In this document: piece by piece, positions 24,900 to 37,049 of the stretch
Numbering within the stretch: position 1 is the stretch's first letter
Layout: each line of letters starts with the position of its first letter
NCBI RefSeq assembly: GCF_963921235.1
Contig: NC_086101.1
Span: 5,396,001 to 5,460,000, forward strand
Reading direction: 5' to 3'
Length of the DNA stretch: 64,000 nucleotides
Source of the DNA: Mobula hypostoma
Taxonomy: Eukaryota
Made by a program: the position numbers and the translations under genes
The notes under the pieces: model-generated
Told to the model about the DNA's origin: nothing
The model's database searches: none
Seen by the model: only the letters and a program-made list of their open reading frames with translations

Positions 24900-25435
24900 T
24901 TGCAGACGAGAGGCCCAAAGCATTGTTGAGGACCCCCAGAATCCTCTACCGCCGTGATGAGACCACTCCTCTGCTTAAACTCCAACCCGATGGCATGAAT
25001 GTCAACTTCTCTAACTTCCGGCAATTTCTGCCTCTCCCTCCTTTTCTCTTCCATTCCCCGGTCTAGTTTCCTTCTCACACCTTCTCATCGGCTCATCACC
25101 TCACTCCGGTTCCCCTCCTCCTTTCTCTTCTCCCATGGTCCACTTCCTCTCCTATCAGATTCCTTCTTCTTCAGCCCTTGACCTTTCCCACCTTCACCTC
25201 CCAGCTTCTTACTTCATTCCCACTTCCCACCTACCTACCTTCCCTCTCTGGGGCTCTACCTACCACTTGCCAGCTTGTCCTCATTCCCCTATCCCCTCTT
25301 CTTATTCTGGCTTCTTCCCCCCGCTTCCCTTCCAGTCCTGATGAAGGGGCTCAGCCTGAAATGTCGACTGTTTAACCCATTCTGTCGGTGTGGCCTGACC
25401 TTCTGAGTTCCTCCAGCATTTTGTGTGAGTTACTC
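24900..25435 (+). mobile_element. Penelope-like element 3' fragment with hammerhead motif
   Basis: LQPDGMNVNFSNFR, CT-rich UTR, then cagtc-CTGATGA...GAAATGTC-gactg at 25333-25370. Confidence 0.75.
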
Positions 25436-26055
25436 ATGATTTTAAAACATCTTAAGTAGTTTTTGTGTTTGTTAACTTTCGTTGGCCAAGAAGCAGTTGG
25501 GGATGTGGAGGCTGGTCAGTACCCACTGCAATCCCGGTTAACTGAGGAAGAACTTTGAGGGACTCAAGTCCTTGGATTGTACCCGGTGAGAACCGCGTAA
25601 CGGCAGTGAGTTGAGTGCCCAGAATTACTGCTGGGACCTTGGAATCCGGACCCTGCACAATCTGGGCTTTTTTGAGATTCTCAAACTTTAATTGTTTCGT
25701 CACTGGTGGCGGCCTGCTGGACTACTTACTCCAAAATTCCCTCACTGAACATCTCTTGTCCTCCTCAAAACTTCCTTTCTGGACCGACCTTCCAATCCCC
25801 AGTCCTGGCGTGCAAACATGGTCTAATTCACACTGCTGTAGAACACCCTGGATTGATCAGACACTCAAAGTGGTTGTTTATAAATGAGCTATGGCTGAGG
25901 CAGAGGTGGGTGGAATGAATGGTATTGCAGGCTAATTTGCAGCTTTTCCAGGCAGCAATGGCCTGATTGCAGGCAAATACCTGGAAAAGGAGTGGAGAAA
26001 GATAGGAAGATAGAGACACATTCACATTGAGAGGGTTCAAACCGCTCCACGGTAC

Positions 26056-26346
26056 CTGCAGTGGTGACCTGGGTGGTGAGAGGCTGGGTCTGCAGAGACC
26101 CTGAGATCCCGTAGAGATAGATGATGTATCGGGTGGAGGGATGGAGATCCCTGATGAGGTACACTCGTTTCCCGCCGGCCACCGTGACGTTCCGGGTCTC
26201 CTGCGACCCCTGACCCCTGTACTGGACGAGGAAGGAGTCAAAGGTCCTGTCTGTGGTCCAGGAGAGGCGGACAGAGTTTGACGAGACGGTCGGCGGCGAC
26301 AGGGTGCCCAGTTTCGTTGGAGCTGATGCATCTTTGTCTTCAGGAT
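26056..26346 (-). CDS. Tenascin-like FN3 exon T8 (291 bp, class A)
   Basis: Acceptor ttctctgtttcag|, donor G|gtaccg; DPEDKDASAPTKLGTLSPPTVSSNSVRLSW...QVTTA. Confidence 0.9.
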
Positions 26347-27439
26347 CTGAAACAGAGAAGTCATGGTATGAGGAGGACTGGAGACCACTTCTTCCCGAGC
26401 AGAGCAATTCACAGCCTTGGAGACTGGCCTTTCAACAGCCCAACAATGGAGTCTGCAATATCTCATAGTCTCTTTACACAATATCTCGGAACATCAAAAC
26501 GTCCCTTTAGAACAGAGTCAAGATGGGATTTTTTAGCCAGAGAGCGATAAGTCTGTGAAATTCATTGCCACAGCGCTATGGCGGCCAAACTATTGGGTTT
26601 ATTTAAAAAGGTGGTTGATAGATTTTTGATTAGTTAGGAAGTAATCCAGGTCTCCCTCCCTTCCTAATTGTGACATTTACCGGAAGCGTTGTAGACAAAA
26701 CCTTAAGCATTCAAGAGAAAGTCTGCAGATGCAGGAAATCCAAAGCAACACACACAAAATGCTGGAGGAACTCAGCAGGCCAGGCAGCGTCTATGGAAAA
26801 CAAGCACAATTGACGTTTCAGGCTGAAGCCCTTCGGCAGGACATTGCTGAGGATCCCAATCACCCGTCCCACAATCTCTTTGACCCACTACGATCAGGAA
26901 GGAGGTACAGGAGCATCAGGACTGGGATTGCCAGACTGGGTAACAGCTTCCTCCCTCAGGCTGTGAGACTAATGAGTACCCTGTCACCACCGAGGTCTCA
27001 TCACTAGGACAGAGAGCAGATTGGTTGTATATAAGGCCATTAGATATAGCAGCAGAATTAGGCCATTTGGCCCATCGAGTCTGCTCCAGCATTTCATCAT
27101 GGCTGATCCAATTTTCCTCTCAGACCCAATCTGCTGCCTTACACCCACCCCAACCCCACATACCTCTTCACGCCCTGTCCAATCAAGGATTTATCAACTC
27201 CTAAGACTGAAGAAGTCCCTGTTCCTAGCCAGCCAGCCTCTCACACTAAAATTTTACCACTGGCTCCCAGGTCCCCGGAATAAGGAGATAACATAATAGA
27301 ATTCCGTCCACTCCATTCCAAATCCCAAGCAATCCAGAAGGATCACTTTAAATCCTGGGAAAACTGACAAATTGTCCTGCAGTAATGTGCAAGCCCATTT
27401 TTGGAACAGCTTCAATTTAAACTCTACAAGGTCTTCAAC

Positions 27440-28220
27440 CTCTAAGGCTATCTAAGATAGCCTTTCCCCCAGTAGGCTCAAGCACAAGCTGCTCTAAAAC
27501 ACCACGTCATAGGCATTCAACAAATTCCCTCTCTTGAGACCCAACACCAACCTGATTTTCCCAATCCACTTGCATATTGAAGTTCCCTCATTGCAATTGT
27601 TTCATTACCCTTATTACACGCCTTTTCCAGCTCCCTTTGCAACCTCAACCCTACATCTTGGCTACTATTTGGAGACCTATATATGATTCCCATAATAGTT
27701 TTTTCACCCTTGCAGTTTCTTAACTCCAGCCACAAAGATTCAACATTTTCTGACCCCATGTCACATCTTTCTAAAGATATAATTCCGTCTCTTACCAACA
27801 GAGCCACACTACTGCCTATGCCTTCCTGCCTGTCCTTTAGATACAAATATATCTTTTGACCTTAAGCTCCTAACTATGGTCTTATCTTAGCCATGACTCA
27901 GTGATGCCCATAACATCATACCGACCAATCTCTAATTGCGCCACAAGTTCGTCCACCTTATTCCGACTGCCACGCACATTTAAATACAGCACTTTCAGTC
28001 CTATGTTCTTCGGCCTTTTGAATTTTGTATCTGTGGTAGAATTTAACTCTTTGCTCAGTCTGCATTTGTACCCAGTCAATGGCTTGTCCTTCGTTACGTT
28101 CATGTTACATCCATCATCTGCTTGTAAACCTGCTGGCTCATCCTCAGCTCTGTCATCCTGGTTCCCATCTGCCTGCCGTATTAGTTTAAACCACCCAACA
28201 GCTCTAGTAAACCCTGCCTG
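27440..28220 (-). mobile_element. CR1 ORF2 endonuclease fragment
   Basis: LKVLYLNVRGSRNKVDELVAQLEIGRYDVMGITESWL; ESLWLELRN..GIIYRSPN. Confidence 0.85.
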
Positions 28221-28374
28221 AAACCCAGTTGCTGATCACTGGTGTTGTCATCATTATACGCTAACCGCTCTGCTGCCTTGTTCCCCAGTATTGATCAACC
28301 CCAAATTTAATTGCTCCAGCAAAGGTGTTCATACATTCATGTGACTGCGCCCGGAGAGTTCAGGGATTTCAATA

Positions 28375-28948
28375 CGGAGACGGACGTGAGAAGCACGGAG
28401 GAACATCTGGAGAAACTTCTGAAATGCCTGTTCTGTTGTCGCTGCTGTTGTGCAATCCAGAATCTCCGGAGGGGAAGGCCCCGAATCCTCAGCCTTGCCT
28501 GTTGCTTGGCGGCCGGGGTCGGGGTCGAAGCGCTCGGCAGAGATGGTGCTCGGTGTCGGAGGGCTGGTCGGAGGCTTGAAGTTTTTGGACGGACTCAGAG
28601 TCGGCTGTGGTCGGGTGCTTCCAGGGTGCTGCATCGGCAAGTTTGCGGCACTGGAGGTTCATGGCAGGGAGAGTTTCTCCCTTCTACTGTCTGCGTGAGA
28701 TGATGGGGCTATCGGGACTTTGAGACTTTTTTTTTTACCGTGCCCATGGTCTGCTGTTCATTAAATTACAGTATTGCTTTGCACTGTTGTAACTATATGT
28801 TATAATTATGTGTTTTTTGTCATTTTTAGTCTTGGTCTGTCTTGTGTTTCTGTGATATCACACTGGAGGAACATTGTATCATTTTTTAATGCATGCATTA
28901 CTAAATGACAATAAACGAGGACTGAGTGTCCTCATAACTAATCTAATC
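28375..28948 (+). mobile_element. Non-autonomous 650-bp family copy (5' truncated)
   Basis: Homologous to 22780-23320; aatct tail. Confidence 0.75.
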
Positions 28949-30107
28949 TCCACTGTTGTTCAGAACATCCTTCTTTGAGAACAACCCATTGGACCCCGTC
29001 CAGAGCATGAAAGGTTGAGTCTAATTCATACTGACAGAGATCAGCCTGGGATGTCAGGAAACGTGATGTGAGGGGGTGATTGTTGGTCAGAGTTGTGGCT
29101 GAAATGGAGGTGATGGACAGTGATACAGCACAGAAAGAGGCCCTGTGGCCCATCTAGTCTGTGATGAACTATTAACCCTCTACACCCCTCCCATCCATGC
29201 ACTTAAACTTCTCTTAAATATTGCAATCAAACCACGTCCACCACTACCACTGGCAGCTCATTTCACACTCTCACCACTCTCTGGGTGAAGACGTTCCCCT
29301 TAAACATTTCACATTTCATCCTTGCTACTATGACCTCTAGTTGTAGTCCCACCCAAGCTCAGTGGAAACGCCTTCTGGCATTTACCCTATTGATACCCCT
29401 CATAATTTTGTGTATCACTAACACTCAACATCACTTGCCAAATCACTAAACTGTTTCCACAACCTAGAAATACTTCATCTCATGTTTTTGCTACCTATTT
29501 GTTTATTTTCTCCTTTTGTATTTGCACGGTTTGTTTGCACGTTGGTGTTTGTCTGTCGTGTTGTTCCTCTCTGCGCCTTGTGGACATTCAGTGGACAATC
29601 AATGGTCACCGTGATGTTTCCTTAACATTTGCCTGTTTTTCCCAAGGCCGAGTTGCCAGCTCAACACTCAACCCAGCACGGATGGAAAGCGTGCAAGGAG
29701 GCAACTAGATCCGAACCCGGTACCATTCGACTCAAAGTCCACCGGCCACTGGCCACACTTGTATGTGGCCTTACTTTGATTCTACTGTGTTTCTTTGTAT
29801 TTACTGTGAATATCAGCAAGAAAATGAATCTCAGGGTTGGATATAGTGACAAATATGTACTTTGATAATAAATTTACTTTGAGCTTTGAAATCTCCCCTC
29901 ATTCTCTATACTGTAGTGAATGAAGTCCTAATCTATTAAACTTTCTCTATAACTCAGATCATCCAATTTTACCTAATCTAGTCTGGTCAACTCTAATCTT
30001 TTTACATCAACTCACCTCTTGCAACCAGACTACAGCCTTTTTCCTGGAAATTATCAGAGAGAGATGGACACGTTCATAATGAGAGGGTTCAGACTGCTCC
30101 ACAGTAC

Positions 30108-30389
30108 CTGAGGTGGTAATCTGGGTGGAGAGCGGCTGGGTCTGCAGAGACCCCGAGATCCCGTAGAGATAGATGATGTATTGGGTTGAGGGATGGAGAC
30201 CCCTGATGAGGTACACTCGCTTCCCGCCAGCCACCGTGACGTTCCGGGTCTCCTGCGATCCCTGGACCCTGTACTGGATGAGGAAGGAGTCAAAGGTCCT
30301 GTCCGTGGTCCAGGAGAGGCGGACAGAGTTCGATCTGATGGTTGGGGTCAACAGGGTGCCCAGTCTCACTGTGGGCTTGTCCGTGGTAG
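30108..30389 (-). CDS. Tenascin-like FN3 exon T7 (282 bp, class A)
   Basis: Acceptor tctttatctacag|, donor G|gtactg; ATTDKPTVRLGTLLTPTIRSNSVRLSW...QITTS. Confidence 0.88.
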
Positions 30390-32304
30390 CTGTAGATAAA
30401 GACCATGAAGAGTTTAAATTGAAGCTGATCCAAAAATGGGCTTGCACCCTACTCCAGGTCAATTTGTCAGTCTTCTCAGGATGTACGGTGATCATTCTGG
30501 GTTGCTTGGGATTTGGAATGGAATGAACAGAATTCTGAGATGTTATCTCCTCATTCCAGGGAGCTGGGAGCCAATGGTAAAGTTTTAGTGTGGGAGGCTG
30601 GCTGGAGAGGAACAAGGGTTTCTTCAGTTGGGTAGGAGAGTGTTTGGAGTTCACTTTCCAGGAGTGTTGCGGCCTGCAGTGGTTGGATTGGGCTGAAGAA
30701 TTTTTAGAGTTTAACATTCCTATGCGCGCTTGTATTTTTACAGTAATAGTTGTGTCTGTATTTTTCTGGAAGTTTCTCAGTTTTTCTGCAGCGGGTGTCA
30801 CACCAGCTGGGACTGGCCATTTCCTAGGTTAACTGTTATCAATGGAATGTTGTAATCATTTTAGTGTGAGCTCACTTTGTATGAGACAATCATGATTTCA
30901 ATTGTTCTGACACTTCAGAAGGTGATGCATCAAGAAGGCAGCATCCATCATTCACGACCCCCTTTGCCCAGGGCATGCCCTCTTCTCATTGCTACCATCA
31001 AGAAGGAGGTACAGGAGCCTGAAGACACACTCAGGGTTTCAGGAACAGTTTCTTCCCCTCTTCCATCAGATTTCTGAATGGACAATGACACCATGAGCAC
31101 TGCTCTCTTTTTACACTACTTACCTTTTTATATATTTCTCGCTGTAACTTCTATACATTTTTATACAATACTGTTGTGACAAACGCACACAGCTCATGAC
31201 TATGTCAGGGAATAATAAACTTGATTCTGATCACTGCTCTTTTTACCTTTGTTTGTTCTCTGCTCAAATTTTCTGATCGTTATTTTCTGATCCGTTTAAT
31301 AATTAATTGGCTTCTTGCATTTTATATAACTACCTATATAAATGTAACTGTTTAGTATGATCCCTAGTGGTCACAGTATATATATTAATTCTTCAGTGTA
31401 TCCCCTACTAGTTACAGCTCTTTGCAAGTTTTGGAAATTTCTCTGATATCACATTATCTGAAAAGGGCTATCTGACTGGCTAACTCTTATTTGGGTCCAT
31501 CTTGGGTAAAGCCTTCCCCACCATTGAACACATCTATATGAAAGATTGTTGCAGGAAAGCGCCATCTATCATTGTGGACCCCCCACCACCCAGGTCGTGC
31601 TATCTTCTCGCTGCTGCCACCAGGAGAGAGGTACAGGAGCCTCAGGACCCACATAACCAGGTTCAGGAACTGCAATTACTCCTCAACCATCGGGCTCTTA
31701 AACCAAAGGGGATAACTTTACTCAACTTCACTTGCCCCATCATCGAACTGTTCCCACTCACCTTCTACTCATGTTCTCGATATTTCTCATTTATCTATTT
31801 ATTCTCATTGTTTCTTTTTGTACCTGCACAGTCTGTTGTATTTTGCACACTGGTTGAATGCCCAAGTTGGTGTAGTCCTCATTGATTATATTATTGGTAT
31901 TACGCTATTTTGTATTTATTGAGTTTGCCTGCATACTCAGCAAACACAAAATAGAATTATAAATGAATCTCAGGGTGGTCTGTACTTTGATAATAATTTT
32001 ACTTTGAACTTTGAATGGAGAATTTCTTATCTATGGTATAAAATGTGTTAGCTCACCACCTTTACATCATTTTTCCCTTCTCCACTAGATTCTGTTTCCA
32101 ATTCTCCTTCTTCTATTAGCACTTAATAAAACAATTGTGAACCAACACATTTTGTGCCAATTACCCGACTTCCAAAAGAACTTTTGATCGAAAATATCAG
32201 AATTCAACACCCTCAATAAACAGCTACATATAAGCAATAAGATTTCTGTTGCATTCTTGACTTCCGAATCTCTGGATTCCATTAGTCATGAGTTTAACTA
32301 GATT

Positions 32305-32616
32305 CGTGTGGGCACGTGGCCAAGTGGTTAAGGCACTGGACTAGCGACCTGAAGGTCGTGAGTTCGAGCCCCAGCTGAGACAGTGTGTTGTGTCCTTGAG
32401 CAAGGCACTTAATCACACATTGCTCTGCGACGACACTGGTGCCAAGCTGTATGGGCCCTAATGCCCTTCCCTTGGACAACATTGGTGTTGTGGAGGGGGA
32501 GACTTGCAGCATGGGAAACTGCTGGTCTTCCATACAACTGTGCCCAGACCTCCGCCCTGGAGAGTGAAGACTTTCCAGGTGCAGATCCATGGTCTCGCAA
32601 GACTAACAGATGCCTT
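32305..32616 (+). mobile_element. tRNA-derived SINE, full length
   Basis: A box tggccaagtgg, B box gagttcgagcc; 12-bp TSD tttaactagatt. Confidence 0.85.
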
Positions 32617-32729
32617 TTTAACTAGATTTAAGATTTAAGAGGTTGCTAGGATTTTGAATGTCAACGCTATAAAAGTAAAGGAAGGAGCAGTTTAGCAAAT
32701 TGAGACGAGGTAAAATTATCACATCCTGC

Positions 32730-33430
32730 AGTGGCATCTGCACCAGCTGGAAAAATGGGCTGAAAAATGGCGGATGGTATTGAACGTGAGATGACGCACT
32801 TTGGGAGGACAAACCAGGGTAGGTCTTACACATTGAATGGTAGCGCACTGAGGAGTGTGCTAGGAACTGGGGAGGGCGGGATTCAGACTGGATTCAGAGT
32901 TCTTTTAAAGTGGCATCAGACGTAGCTGGGTTGTAAAGAAAGCTTTTGGCACATTCGTCTTCATGAACCAAAGTATTGAGTACAGGAGATGGGATATTCT
33001 GTTGAGCTTGTAAAAGAGGTTGGCAAGGCCAAATTTGGAGTGTTGTAGTTACAGGAACGATATCAATGCGATCGAAAGACTATGGAGAAAATTTACAGGG
33101 ATGCTGCTGGGACTTGAGAACCTGAGTTATAGGGAAAGGTTGAACAGGTTAGGACCATATTCTCTAGACCATAGAAAATTGAGCGGAAATTTGATAGAAG
33201 TTTACAAGAATATGAGGGGTCTTGATAGGGTAAATGCAAGCAGGCTTTTTCCACTGAGGCTGGCTGAGACTAGAACTAGAGGTCATAGGCTAAAGGTGAA
33301 AGGTAAAATACAAAAGGGGAACATGAGAGGGAACTTCCTAACTCAGAGGATGGACCGAGCTGCCAACGGAAGTGGTGGATGCAAATTTGACTTCAACGTT
33401 TAAGAGAAATTTGGTTAAGTACATGGATGG
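32730..33430 (+). mobile_element. CR1 3' fragment
   Basis: RPNLECC...LSYRERLNRLG...TRTRGHRLKV. Confidence 0.8.
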
Positions 33431-34755
33431 ACCATGTAACCATTAAATATAGAAACACCATGGGTGTTAATGAAAGAAAAGATATCAACTCGCACCCTCA
33501 CCAGCAAAAGAAACAAACCTCGCAGACCCCAAAATAATCAAAACTCAAAGACCCCCTTGCTGCAGATGGTGGGAGGGGATTTTTGGGGTCTTTGAGTTTT
33601 GATTATTTTGCCAGTTTTTGAGTTGCTATCTTTTCTTTCATTAACACCTATGGTCTTTCTGCATTTAATGGCTATCTGCAGTAGACAAATATCAGAGTTG
33701 TGTAAGCATACTTTGACAATAATTCAACCTTTGACCCTTTGATGGAAGGGCAATGGTCAGGAATGGGCCGATGGGGTGAGGCAGATCAGTGGGCTGAAGA
33801 GACTGTTTCTGTGCGATGGAGGTCTTTACTATCAGACACGATCTTTTTGCAGGGCAGAGCTGACACATGGAGCTGATAGGCGTCAGCTTTTCCTGCTTCC
33901 GTAAGCCAGCCTTCCTTCCACAGTGTGGGATGGGAATAAAATCCCACATTGCAGTGGAGCCCACATCCCAGTGGGAAAGACTGCCCAGAGAGCCCCATTT
34001 AGCACTGATTACTACTGGTTTCCATCTGAGGCCCAGGGTGAGCGCTGTCACTAGCTGCCTTCGAGCACTTCTTGTTAAAGCACAGGCCCATTGTTTCTGT
34101 TTATTGAGTAGGAGATTCAGGATGGCAACAGGCCCTTCTGGCCCAGGGTTCAAAGTAAACTTATTATCAAAGTATGTATATATTACCTTATATAACCCTG
34201 AAATTTGATTTCTTGCAGGCACTCACAGTGAATATAAAAAAATAATAATAACATTAATAGTAATCAAGCAGTAAATAGAAACATAGAAAACCTACAGCAC
34301 AATACAGGCCCTTCGGCCCACAATGCTGTGCCAAACATATAACCATATAACAATTACAGCACAGAAAACAGGCCATCTCGGCCCTTCTAGTCCGCGCTGA
34401 ACTCTTACTCTCACAGTACTTACTTTAGAAATTACCTAGGGTTACCCATAGCCCTCTACTTTTCTAAGCTCCATGTACCTAACCAGGAGTGTCTTAAAAG
34501 ACCCTATTGTATCTGCCTCCACCACCGTCACTGGCAGCCCATTCCATGCACTCACCACTCACTGCGTAAAAAACTTATCCCTGACCTCTCCTCTGTATCT
34601 ACTTCATATTGAGAAGTTCTCGAAAGTGAGTCCACAAGTTGTGGGAAGAGTTCAGTGTTGGGTTGAATGGTTATCCCTTACTGGTTCAAGAGCCTGATGG
34701 CTGAGGGGTGCCCAATTATACCCATGTGACCAATTAACTTACTAACTTGGTACAT

Positions 34756-34912
34756 GCAACACGCGGGAGGAACTCAGCAGGTCGGGCAGCATGCGTGGAA
34801 ACGAACAGTCAACGTTTCCACGGATGCTGCCCGACCTGCTGAGTTCCTCCAGCATGTTCTGAGTGTGCTTTGACCCCAGCATCTGCAGAGTATTTTGTGT
34901 TTGTGTTTGTGT
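34756..34912. mobile_element. Short palindromic Penelope-derived element inserted in a V-SINE
   Basis: Inverted arms; 13-bp TSD taact(t/c)ggtacat. Confidence 0.7.
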
Positions 34913-35123
34913 TAACTCGGTACATCTTTGAAATGTGAGAGGAAATCTCAGAAATCAAAGGAAACACACAGAGTCACGGGTAGAATGTACAAACTTCTTA
35001 CAGACAGTGGCAGAGTTGAACCCCAGTCATTGGAGTTGAACCCTAGTCATTGGCGGGTATAATAGCATCATGTGAACCCGCTGGTACGTGCACGGGGGGG
35101 GGGGGGGTGTTCGGCACATTTAC

Positions 35124-35405
35124 CTGGTGTGGTGATCACTCGGCTGAGAGGCTTTGTCCGCTGCCCATTCACCAGACCGTGGAGGTAGACGGTATACTTG
35201 GTGCCAGGCTGTAGCTCTGTGATGGTCAACGCCCGCCGGTCGCCGCTCACCGTGACGTTCCGCGTGGTGCCACTGGCGTGCTCCTTGTACCGCACCAAGA
35301 AGGCTTCAAACCCCCTCTCCGCTGTCCAGGAGAGGAGGATCGAGTCGGTGGTAACTCTGGTGACGGTGAGGCTCCCCAGCTTCTTTGGCTTGGCTTTGGC
35401 CTTCT
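35124..35405 (-). CDS. Tenascin-like FN3 exon T6 (282 bp)
   Basis: Acceptor ttcaattcccgtag|, donor G|gtaaat; EKAKAKPKKLGSLTVTRVTTDSILLSWTAERGFEAFLVRYKEHASGTTRNVTV...VITTP. Confidence 0.9.
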
Positions 35406-37049
35406 CTACGGGAATTGAACAGAGACAGGGGTTTCTTATCGGAGTGGGCCGGGAGTGCAGCGGTTCCACGGGGGCCTGCACTGGGTGGGATTCAGGGACG
35501 GTCTTGGTGCCTGATCCAATCTCTGTGCTGAACTGAGGCCGTGGCCCGCAACTAACCGGCTCCTGGACCGGCTGCAGTGACTAGCTTCGTGGCTGTAAAC
35601 TCACTTTGGGAGCTTTACTTCTGAAAGTTATTTGGTTACTTTTATTGTTTTTGTGGTTTTTTTTTGCACATTGGGTGTTTGACAGTCTTTTCTAATGGGT
35701 TCCAATGTTTTGTTTTATGCCCGCCTGTCAGGAGACGAATCAGAGGATTGTATACGGTATACATACTTTGATGTTAAACGTACTTTTTACTTTAAACTTT
35801 CAGTTGTAGAGTTCTTGAAAGTGTCCAAAGGTTGTGTTGCGGTGATCAGTTCAGTGTTGTGGTGAGTGAGGTTGTCTACGATGGTTGGGGGGGTAATATC
35901 TGTTCCTGAACCTGGTGGTGTGAGACCCAAGGCTCCTGTACCTTCTTCCCGAAGACAGCAGTGAGAAGAGAGCACGGCCTGGATGGTGGGGATCCCTGAT
36001 GATGGATGCTACTTGTTTGTGACGGTGCTCCTTGTAAACATGCTCAATGGTCGAGAGGGCTCTTCCTCTTCACCATTGGATCCCCTCACAGGGAGGGTAT
36101 ATATCCTTCACAAGCCCCACCCCCCCCCGCCGTGTGAACACCATTGTCAATTAACCTCTCACACTCGTGTCGCAGGAAAGCAGCATCCATCATCGAGGAC
36201 CCCCACCATCCAGGCCGTGCTCTCTGCTCTCTACAGCCAATGGGAAAGTACGGGAGCCTTAGATCCCAGACCACCAGGTTCAGGAACAGTTATTACCTTA
36301 CAACCACCAGGCTCCTGAACCGACACTCATCTCAACCCTGAACTGATTCCATGACCTACAGTTCAAAAGCTCAAAGTAAATGTATTATCCAAGTAGATAC
36401 ATCACCATATACGGCCCTGAGAGCAACTTTCCAGCAGGCATACTCAGTAAACCCAATAACCATAATACAATCAATGAAAGACCACACCAACCGGATGTAG
36501 AACCTATGTGCAAAAAACAAGAAACTGTGCAAATACAAAAAAAAGGAATAAATAAGGAATAAATATTGAGAACTTGAGATGAAGCGTCCTCAAAAGTGAG
36601 TCCACAGGTTGTGGGAACATCTCAGTGATGGGGCAAGTGTATATGTCTCAAGGGTGGGGAGGGCTTTACCTGAGATAGACTGGGCTGTCTCCACTACTTT
36701 TTTTTTCATTCAAGGCTTCGGTGTTCCCTTACCAGGCTGTGATGCAGCCTGTCAGTATACTCTCCACCATACATCTATAGAAGTTTGTCGAAGTTTTACA
36801 TGCCATGCTGAGTTTTTGCAAACTCGCGAGGAAATACAGGCACTGCCCAGCCTTCTTCATAAATGCACCCTCTTCAGCCCTGATCTCCCGACGAGGACTG
36901 TCTTATTGAACGCAAACACGAGGAAATCTGCAGATGCTGGAAAATCAAACAACACACACAAAAAGTGCTGGTGAACGCAGCAGGCCAGGCAGCATCTGCA
37001 GGAAGAGATACAGCTGACGTTTCGGGCCGAGACCCTTCGTCTCAGTTTC

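Noticed and set aside
30390..30801. Long open frame upstream of T7 (264-aa ORF)
   Set aside because: A good acceptor at 30390 gives a 282-bp exon matching T1; the extension has no recognisable domain.
32305..32380. tRNA-like sequence
   Set aside because: It is the head of a TSD-flanked SINE with a second copy at 37779-38091, not a tRNA gene.
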